Source of the DNA: Octopus sinensis
Taxonomy: Eukaryota
Direction: 5' to 3'
NCBI RefSeq assembly: GCF_006345805.1
Contig: NC_043008.1
Coordinates: 69,750,001-69,814,000 of the forward strand
Length of the DNA stretch: 64,000 nucleotides
Below, piece by piece: positions 53,475-64,000 of the stretch. A program made the translations under genes and the position numbers. A model generated the notes under the pieces. That model had not been told where the DNA came from. It did not search any database and saw only the letters and a program-made list of their open reading frames with translations. How positions within the stretch are numbered: position 1 is the stretch's first letter; each line of letters starts with the position of its first letter.

Positions 53475-53924
53475 TTAAGTTACATTCTGCTATCTTTGTG
53501 ATTTAAAATGGGAAAAGAATTTATGAGGTGCTGCAGTCTTAGATATACAATGTCTGAGAAAGGAAAATAAACAGATAAAAAAAAAATATTGAGATGGTCA
53601 TAGATTATTGTTTTCTTTTTTGTTTAAATATATTTTAGTCAGAAATGCAATGTCCGTGACTCATTACTGGTGGGAAGGAAAATGGTTTACTGAAACTGGA
53701 AACCCGGCACAAATGCTTTCATCATCATCATCATCCTTCTCTCTTCTCCTCATCATCATCATCAACATTGGGATAACATATGCTAATAACACAGAGATAC
53801 ACTCAGCTAACAGTTTGGTTGTTTGATATGAGCAGAGAGACAATGGGTTGTCCTCTTTATCATTTTTGGACTTTATCATCATTCTGGGATATAGGCTGGT
53901 AATCTCACCCACCCTTTTTCAAAC

Positions 53925-54828
53925 TCTGTGGCTGTGTGGTAAACCTGCTTCCCAACCACATGATTTTGGGTTCAGTCCTACTGTGTGGCAACTTTGGCAA
54001 GTGTCTTCTATTATAGGTTCAGGCCAATCAAAGCTTTGTGACTGGATTTGGTAGCTGGAAACTGCAAGAAGCCCATTGTATATATGTATATATATATATA
54101 TATATACATGAATGTATCTTTGGGTATGTGTTTGTCCTCCACCATCACTTGACAACTGGTGTTGGTGTGTTTGCATCCTATTAACTTAGAAGTTCAGCAA
54201 AAGAAACTGATAGAATAAGTATCTGGCTTTACAAAAGAATATTAAGTACTGGGGTTGATTCTTTCAGGTGGTGCCCCAACATAGCCAAAGTCTAATGACT
54301 GAAAGGAGTAAAAGATTAAAGGTATAAACAAAGTGGAAAATTAAGATAAACACATATTAGTTCCTATATATGTTTCACTATTGTAGCTATTTGGAACATA
54401 GCACTGTATGTTCCAAGAGCATTTGGATGTCTAATGGACCATTAGGAAAGCACTTATTGCATTCTGTTACATAGACTTGTTTATTTTAATTTTATATATA
54501 TGTTCTGTATATCATAACTAGTAACACTACTAAGTACTAGTATCTATTTTATCGGTCTCTTTTGCCAAACCGTTAAGTTATGGGGACATAAACACACCAT
54601 CATTGGTTGTCAAGCGACGTTGGGGGACAAACACAGACACACAAACATATATGCACATATACATATATATATATATATACGATGGGCTTCTTTCAGTTTC
54701 TGTCTACCAAATCCACTCACAAGGCTTTGGTCGGCCTGAGGCTATAGAAGAATACACTTGCCCAAGGTGCCACACAGTGGGAATGAACCCAGAACCACGT
54801 GGTTCGTAAGCAAGCTACTTACCACACA
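53925..54828. mobile_element. Two family B SINEs tail-to-tail (53925-54325 plus; 54540-54828 minus)
   Basis: Family B motifs on opposite strands. Confidence 0.85.
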
Positions 54829-55485
54829 TATGTGTAAAAAAAACCTTAGCTGACCCTTGTAAATGAGTACTGATAGCTTGTACCATACTTTTGTTAATTG
54901 TTTTATGTGACTAAATAGTTGCAAGCTAACATACACATTATCTCGGACCTTCCACTTTTGATTTAGCAAAACATTGAGGTTATTATGGCCAGAGGGAGAG
55001 GCAGTTCCACCTCCAACTAGTTGCTGGAGCATCATGAAGTGATGAGCTTTGCTCAAGGGCAGAACATGCAGTCAAGTTCAGAAATTAATCCCTAATCACC
55101 TTATGATCATTAGCCCAACACTTTATTCACTAGGCCATGTGCCTTCCTTAGGTGTGTGTGTGTGTGATCATCTTCATCATTTAATGTTGTTTTCCTCACT
55201 TGTATGAGTCCGATGGAATTCGGGGAGGCAGAGATTTTCTTTGAGAAGACATCTCCCCCCCCACACACACACAGAGTCTACTCCAAGTTTCATTAATTGG
55301 GCTGTTCACAGTCATGAACAGCTAAGTTAAGGGTGAAATTCAGAGGAGACTGTCAACTTTGATTTAATAAATGTACATCTATCTATTCTACCTGGCATAT
55401 TGAGTCCTATACTGAATACTTGCCCTCTGCAAAACATATTATTAATATACTTTACTACTGTCACAACATATATATATGTGTATAC

Positions 55486-55889
<404 letters not shown>

Positions 55890-56379
55890 TCATTGTTGAG
55901 TCGATCAGCTAACCTCTACATGGACACTTAAATAGAGCCGAAATATTTGTTATTTACTATTAAAGAAGAAATAAAAACAAACAAACAAAGGAATTGTTAA
56001 CACTTTCCAATGTTTAATATTTCATTTCCATAAAACTGTCTAAAGACAGACTCAGTCGAAACTGCTGGCACTTTACCAAAATGCTGCTAAAACAAACATA
56101 GAAATGACAGATTTAGAATTTCCATTTAGTTCTGTGTGAGTGTACGTGTGTATGTACATGTGTTTATAGGTTTAGGACTATAGTGCAGTCTGCTGTTTAT
56201 TGTGGTTATTGTTATTGTTTTTAATGTTATTTTTAATCTACTTTATGTGTAAATGTGTGTGTGTGTGTGTGTTTGTGCTTTATGTGGATTATTCAGATAT
56301 TAAAATAAATTACATATCTATCAAAAAATCATTGAATCGGAGCCACAGCCAAGAACACAAACACTGTTTACTGATTTAC

Positions 56380-57100
56380 TTTTTGTTAGCTAGCTGGCTT
56401 GCTTGTTTCCTCATTTGCTCACTTGCTAGCTTACTTGTTTCCTCAATTATTTGCTCATTCATTTACTTACTTGCTCGCTTCCACATTTGTTCACTAACTA
56501 GCTTGATAGCTCACTCATTGAATTGCTTATAAGCTTATTTGTTCACTCGCTAGCTCACTAGTTTACTTGTTCATTAGCTTCCTCATTTGTTTGCTTGACA
56601 GCTAACTTGCTCACTTGCTTGCTAGCTTATTCATCTGCTTCGGTGCTAACTTCCTCATTTTCTTGAAATCGATTAACATCAATGGAATTTGTAGCTGTGA
56701 TACCAGTGCCGGTGGCACGTAAGAGAACCATCCGAACGTGGCCGTTACCAGCGCTGTCCCGACTGGCCTCTGTGCTGGTGGCATGTAAAAAGCACCATCC
56801 GATTGTGGCCGTTGCCAGCCTTGTCTGGCCCCCGCGCAGGTGGCACGTAAAAAGCACCCACTACACTCATGGAGTGGTTGGCGTTAGGAAGGGCATCCAG
56901 CTGTAGAAATGCTGCCAGATCAGACTGGGCCTGGCACAGCCTTCTGGCTTCCCAGACCCCAGTTGAACCCTCCAACCCATGCTAGCATGGAAAACGGACG
57001 TTAAACGATGATGATGATGATGACTTCAAACTAATTTATTTGCTTGCTAGTTTATTCATTCGCTTGCTAGCTAGTTACCCATTTACTTGCTCGCTCATTT
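56380..57100. repeat. Degenerate GCTAGC/CTTG low-complexity repeat split by a family C element (56690-57023, plus)
   Basis: TTGCTAGCTTACTTGTTTGCTCAC-like units on both sides of the insertion. Confidence 0.7.
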
Positions 57101-57800
57101 TCATTTCTCTCTTACTAAGACTCAGAACTACCCCATCCCCTTCCTCATTACTGTCTTCATATACACCATGTGAGATTCTCATGAGTCAACAAGAAAGTCA
57201 CTAAGTAGACACTCTAGATGTGAAAATGCCAGCCAAACCTCTCCCAATTCACACTTTACAATCTAATAAAAAGAACACAGTAAATTATATAGTTCTAGTG
57301 GTGATGGTCATAGCCAGAATGTCTTTGCTTATAGGTCATTTAGATCAGCTTACCTGGGCTAAACAACAGCACTAACCTGGGTTAAGTCATAAACGCCCCA
57401 ATACCTCATTCCTTGGTAGTTATGTTTGGACAAATGGCTTTCATTTTATTCCTCATTGAAAGTATTTCAGGAATGAAATGAATGCCACAACTTCACAGAT
57501 TTTGTCACTTAGAATCTATTGATAGGTTTTTGTTTCTGACATTTGACAAAGCATGAATGCAATGATTCCTTAGATTCAACCATTGATTCTATTTGCTAAT
57601 TTTATTATATTTTATTATATTTCTAGCTAAAACAATTTGAGATATGACTGAACATTACAATTTATCAATTATTCTCTTCTATAAACAAGATGACTTTTTT
57701 TAATTATAAGTAATCTTTAAAATTACAATTAGTATTTATTTATATTTTGTTTCCATTAAATTTGTTTATTTACAATTTCTTTTTTCTTTGCTTATTTCAG

Positions 57801-57881
57801 GTATGTATTTGAAATTCCATTTTCTTCCAAGATTTGGTTTCATTTATTTTTATCTCCACCCAAAACTGAATCCAGTGCCAG
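57801..57881 (+). other. Candidate 81-nt exon that begins with a donor-like sequence
   Basis: TTTCTTTTTTCTTTGCTTATTTCAG|GTATGT ... CCAG|GTATGT; length is a multiple of 3; two open frames; unique AT-rich context. Confidence 0.45.
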
Positions 57882-59044
57882 GTATGTTGATAACTGAACA
57901 TATTTTGTCATTCCATTTTGGACATAACTTTTTATCAATATACAAAATTGTATCTCAGAATGCTTGAAGTGCTTACATTACTGGGGTACTACTACTAGCA
58001 TAGTTAGAGGGGGCTGGAGGGGAGTGGCACCATTTTTGGGTCTGTTGTAGACAATATGTATTTTTTGTGGCAAACTGGAGGGCCACCCCAGATGGCACAC
58101 ACTCTAGTTACACTGGTGGGTATTACCCTATAAGAGTCACTTGATTTACCAATATACAGAACATACTGAAATGGTTGGTTATTGAGGTACCAACTTATAA
58201 AATTTCCAAGTTATCTTTCATATTCACCGAGAATAATTGAAATATTAGCTCTTGACTGTACCTTCAGTATGCTGAAATATATGGTTACTAGGGAAGGAAT
58301 CTAAGTATTACTGGTTTCATCTCCTGTCATGTCTTCTACTGCACTATTCTCTGCCTATGGCTAAGGAAGCACTTAACATACAAGGAGTCACAATCTACTC
58401 AACAGTGAACATCTGTTATACAAACAAGGCTGGATTACACATGCATAGGTTGTGGGTTCAATTCTGCTTCAGACTGTTATTTGTTGTATTTCTTTACAGA
58501 ACATTCTACTGGCCCTCATTTCGCAAGATGAATTTTCTTTCTGTTTACTTTAAAGGCAGAACACAATATTCTACAATATTTCAGTTCATTTAAATGTTAG
58601 TTAAAAATTGATGTCACCTAAATTATTTGGGAATGTTACATGTGATAGAGCACTTTTGTGCAGGAATTTATTTAACTCACATTTACCTCATGCTATAAAG
58701 CTGAAACTAAGTGCTGACACTTAATTGCACATCAAAGTTTAGGTATTATTTACATTTCTACTACAGGGATGTGTGACATTTTAATGTAAATAGTGAGAGC
58801 ACTGTGTAATTGATGAGTGTTTCATTAGCTTTTGTTGCCTGGTTTAAACTCTTCAATACTGTACTATGAATTAAGTTAATGTTAACCTATTTAATGCAGT
58901 GATCATTAAAAAGCCAATTAAAAGTATCTATGTGATGAGGAAAAGGCACTATTGATCAAGAACTAATAATTTTTCAATCATTTTGATGACTATAAAAGAT
59001 AACTCTGAACATGTTTTGGTCTAATTATATCTCTTCAGTCAAGA

Positions 59045-60270
59045 TGGTGAACTGGCAGAATTCTTAGAGGAACAAGAAAAATACATTGCAATAATTCTTC
59101 CCACCCCTTACATTCAGAGTTCAAATACTGTGGAGGCTAGCTTTGCTTGTCATCTTTACAGGCCGATAAAATAAAGTACCAGTCAAGTACTGGAACTGAC
59201 AGCATCAACACAATGCTTCCCTACAAAATTCTAGCCTTGTGTCTAAAACAAACATTATTATACCTATTCAGCAAACATTGAACTAATGATGCTTTTTCTT
59301 TATCACATAATTATTTCTAATTAGTTATTTATATTCACTTCATTAAATAATCTAACATTAACATCACAATTGATTGTCTCATTAGCATTTTGTATGTTAA
59401 CTCTGGTCTTACCATTTGGTTTCCATGCAAAAGAGTTCCAGGACATTTGTCCACAATGTGTAGGTCTGTCGTGTGATATAGTTTGGTGATGAATGGATGG
59501 GCATCATGAAAACTGACTTGCTTCTTGCCTCTTGATTCCTCATGACCTAAGGTTAAAGAATTCACTGTTATCATTACCATCAACACGAAGAGTCGGCAAA
59601 CACGCACACACAAACCAAAATTAACCCTTTGCTGACCTTGTTTCTAATAACAACACTCTGCCGATTATGTTCAATTAATTTTAACAATAATTATTTGGGT
59701 GACTGAGGAAATGGAGGGTTGGTGATGGTGTTAGCAAAATAATTGTAATGTTTGTTTATTCATTGTTACATTAAGCTGATGATTGGAATAAAACTTAAAA
59801 AGATTCTTCATGAAATTTCGATGAAGGTTTTGATAAAAGAATATTATAATTACAGTTGTTATCAGAGAGATGTTTAATGAGAATTTGGGAAAGATTTTAA
59901 ATTTATTTCAATAAATGTACTTCAACACCAGTAATTTTGTGAAATAACTAACTTTGCAGGATTTGACATTAAAAGCGTTCATTTAGGGCAGAAAAGGATC
60001 AACAGGGTACTGAGCAGTCTAGCTATTGATTACTTGGTCACCACTTTTACCAATTATAAGAGTAGAGAATTGGGTGAATTATTAGAGCGTTGCACAAAAT
60101 ACTTTATGAGATTGTGCTCTAGATCTTTACATTCAGAGTTCAAATCTCATATAGGTCAACTTTGCTTTATATCTTTTTATGGCTGATAAAATAAACTACC
60201 AGTTAAACACACTGGGGTTGATAATTGACCAACCTCTCCCAACTGACTTCTGGTCTTGAACATTTGTAAG
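59045..60270 (+). mobile_element. Two old family A SINEs (59045-59250, 60065-60270)
   Basis: Degenerate TGGCAGAATT head, CATTCAGAGTTCAAAT B box and GATAAAATAAA(G/C)TACCAG core. Confidence 0.7.
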
Positions 60271-60419
60271 AAGTAAAAATATTATAAAACTCCTTGGTTC
60301 AAGGTTTGAACATAGTCTTTACAGATTTCTTCTGACAGGAAAGTTGGATGAAACTGAGAATCAGTTTGGACTTGTGTAGGTTAAGGTCTGTAACATCACC
60401 ACCTTGTCCTTGGGTACCT

Positions 60420-60720
60420 TCAGCAGAGTCTAGTCTACTGCAAACAATGACGCCATATCCCTGATTTGATGACAACCTTGACCTTCCTCCTGCCAGTCTC
60501 AGAGATCTTGGTAAAGGTCAAGGACATTACGCCCCTCCTCTAACTATACTTTTTTCTCTCTCTCTCTGTCTTCTTCAAGTACCATGTCTGGAGGCTCCAG
60601 CAATCATAGACTTCCATGTAAAATTCTGAAGATTCATGATTTTTCTTGGGAAAGATACAGTAGTGGTTTCTTGCTGCTTTCTGCTAGTTTATTTAGATAA
60701 CACTGCAAGTCTTCTGCTCT
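60420..60720 (-). mobile_element. Old RTE/BovB-tail-like fragment
   Basis: GGGAAAGATACAGTAGTGGTTTCTTGCTGCTTTCTGC resembles the reverse complement of RTE-type 3' ends; heavily decayed. Confidence 0.35.
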
Positions 60721-62436
60721 TCCAGTCTTACACCTGAGATAACCCTTAAGCAAAGAGACTGGTTCATGTGACATCAGATCATATCCACACACAGGTGGGC
60801 TTTTATAATACATGTCTAGATGCCAACCTTTCTCTAAGGCTTGTATTTCTTAGTCAGAGGACCATCTTCTGCTATTTGACTCATAACTGAGGTCTTTGAC
60901 AAGTACTACCACCTTGGGCCATAGTGGAGCTGGAAGAAGTGGTGACAAAGGGGTGACTTCATACTCCTCAAAACTCCTGAATTCCTGAGCTGGATCATCT
61001 CCACTGAATACAATTAGAAGTTTTTTTCCCTGAGATTAAACTTTATTATTACAAAATTCTCTTTTGAAAAATAAAACCATAAACGTTTCTATGAAAGAGT
61101 TTAAAAAAAAATTGATGTAAACGAGTTTAGGATTGTAAATAGTCTGAGAATATCAAAGACTTGATAATGGGATGCAGAAAAGGCGATATCTTACACACCT
61201 TTGTATGTCATCTAATTTCTGAAAATCCATATCTTATAGTAATATCATCAGCAGAATGGTGAAAACATAAAAACCGTGGAGTTGCCTCTTAAGCCAATGT
61301 TCCATATTAAACTGAAATAATTCATATCAGTTTCCAGATCAGTGCTTATCGATAGGCAGAGAGGAGGGTTTAGCTATCATTGATCTTATGGTGATAAATT
61401 CATGATCGAGTCACCAGTGTGTTGTACTGTGACCTGCGTGAATCAGAGAACAAATGTGAATCACATCAAATGATGCATATAAAGTTAGAGGATAGAACAA
61501 GGAGTTAATGCTTCCTATTGAAGAGTGGTCATGGTTCAGTGGTCAAACTAGTGGTCAGTTTCATGACTGAACGGTTCTGAGTGTGTTGTATGCATCTCCA
61601 TCGGTGTTGCATTGTTGCACTTCACTGCACTTCATTGCACTGCACTTTGTGGTGAAGCATTGAATCTCTGCTGCTCTATTTACCTGAATCTTATTGTGGC
61701 ATGGTGTGGTAGTTGTATCAGAGTGGAGATAGTGGTTGTTGTAGTATTTGTAGTAGTGGCTACAGAGGTGTTAATGCACCAGTAATGGTGATAGTGTTAG
61801 CAACTGAAGTGGTACAATACTGGTAATTGTGGTTAAAGTGCTGTGGTAGTAATTGTTGTGGAAATAGTTCAGTGTTTGGGGCTGTAGTTTTGTGATGTAT
61901 GTAACAGTTTGGAATGGTAGTGTTTACTGTATTGGCAATAGTAGTGATGTGGTGCTAGTAACAGTAGTAATGTAGTGGTAGTGGCTATAGTAGGGTTGGT
62001 GTGACAGCAGCCAAATGAAATGGTCCACCTAATAACAAATTCATATATTTGTGAATCTGTGCTCACAATTATATGGATGCAGGTTTGAGTCCTGGGTTGG
62101 GCTACATATACAGTCCTCCTTAAGTAAGACACTTCATATTACTCCACTCAGCTGATAATTGAGTACCAACTGTCTGCTGATGTATCCCTTTCTCCTTTCT
62201 ACCATCACATCTTTGCTACTCTGCTGGATTATGGATGGGAGAACTGAAAGTGTATGTATGTCTGTTTATGATTACATAAGCACCTAAAGAAATTAGCTGA
62301 ACCATGGTACATGTTACTAAGTTATACTTGTTTGCAAATGAAGGCTGTTTTATATATTTCATTAACGTAATTAATCACAATATGTTCATTAAACAAAATT
62401 AAATCTGTAATAAAAAGAAAATTTATAAGTTTCATG

Positions 62437-62880
62437 GATGGAACATGTGGAAGGGGTAGCCCCAGGAAGATGTGAGACGAAGTGGTGAGAAATGATCTTA
62501 GGATGTTGGGACTCAAAGGGGATGACAGGAGACCGAAACTCCTGGCAGTTGTGCTTGAGGAGATATGTTAAGCTAAGTAGAATCATGGTTGTCCTTGCAT
62601 ACAAGTATGTCCACTGCAACCCTCTCCAGCTGAGCATTCTTAAGCATGCAGGCTCATGGGTGCTGGTGCCACATAAAAAGCACCCATGCCAGTGCTGTGT
62701 AAAAGCACTCAATGTATGCAACAAAGTGGTTGGCATTAGAAAGAGCATCCAGCCATAGAAACCATGCTAAAGCAGTCATGGTGCCTGGACTGTTCTTCAG
62801 GTGACTAGCTCCTGTCAAACCATCCAACCCATGCCAGCATGGAAAACGGATGTATGATGATGATGATGATGATGATGATT
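62437..62880 (+). mobile_element. RTE-clade LINE 3' end running into the family C sequence and (GAT)n tail
   Basis: DGTCGRGSPRK.WDEVVRNDLRMLGL...MTGDRNSWQ-like reading (RGRP..W...V..DL..LG....DR..W motif) at 62437-62575, then GTGCCACATAAAAAGCACCC...GCATCCAGCCATAGAAA...CCAACCCATGCCAGCATGGAAAACGGATG(GAT)n. Confidence 0.78.
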
Positions 62881-63655
62881 AATTCTGGCAACGAAAGGCA
62901 GAAAAGACTATGAAATTAATTAAAAAAATTAAAAATAAATCTGCTGTAGTAGTTAGGTGCACCTCATATGATACTCTATCAGTTCTGCCAATCCATTACT
63001 TCAGATTGGAAAAATATTTTTTACCAACCCTGCGAGGTTGAAAGGCAACGTTAACCCTTGTGGGATGTGAACTCGCAAGAGTCAGAACAAATAATATGAG
63101 GCATTCTAAGCAATGTACTAAACAAACTCAATCACTTCACTATATTTTTATGCATGAATGTGTATCTATTTGTATATATGCCTGCCTGTCTGTATGCATA
63201 TATATATATGCAAGCATGTATGTAATTATGTCTGACGTATATGTTTGTATGCCAACATATGTCTGTAAGTAGGAAGGTTGATGGATATATATGTGTATAT
63301 GTATATATGTATACGTGTCTGTATCCGACGGTCTGTATGTATGTAAGTCTATCTGGTGGTATGTATGTATTAAAAGATGATGATGATGTATCTATGTGTG
63401 TGTTTATAAACAAAAGACAGCATACTCAGTATATGATGTAGTAATTACATTCATTAGGAATTAACTGATGGTTTCTTTATATATATATAATATATATATA
63501 TATGTGTGTGTGTATGTATGTATATATACATACATACATACACATATATACACACACACAAGTATATGTACATATATATATATATATATATACATATATA
63601 TGTATATGTACATATACTTGTGTGTGTGTATATATGTGTATGTATGTATGTATAT

Positions 63656-63699
<44 letters not shown>

Positions 63700-64000
63700 T
63701 ATATGTATATATGTATATGTAGATATATATACATGTATATATACATGAATGTATATATACGTGTTGTGTATATATATATATATATCATGTGTCCCATTAA
63801 AATATCAGATTTCCAAATATGAAACACATTTAAACACTTACTTTACTTACAGGAAGAAAACTTGTAGCTTTGTGTCTATGCATATAAGTAAGTTTGTATG
63901 CATGTATATATAAACACACACACACACATGTATGCAGAGGGATGCACCAATCTACATGCACATACACAAGCAAGTGTGCAATGTTATATGCATCATAATT

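Overview
AT-rich, microsatellite-saturated eukaryotic DNA. The SINE families and repeat density point to an octopod cephalopod (inference from sequence recognition, not a database result). No intact protein-coding gene, rRNA, tRNA gene or CRISPR array is visible, and almost every ORF in the supplied track is a microsatellite artefact. The window holds about 35 SINE/LINE-tail copies from at least four families, decayed non-LTR retrotransposons with restriction-like endonucleases (R4/Dong-like inside TAA repeats; HERO-like between TA repeats), an RTE 3' end, mariner and DD37D/maT transposase remnants, and piggyBac-, pogo- and Tc2-like MITEs, plus several minisatellites. The best candidate for something undescribed is a chain of short minus-strand segments with canonical splice sites (51.8 kb to 37-38.6 kb), suggesting an unannotated spliced transcript. 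Other notable items are a plus-strand recursive-splice-like site at 57.8 kb, two local templated insertions, a head-to-tail MITE array and a degenerate hammerhead-like motif. All rest on manual reading and need RNA-seq or alignment. Repeat boundaries are approximate (about 10 bp).
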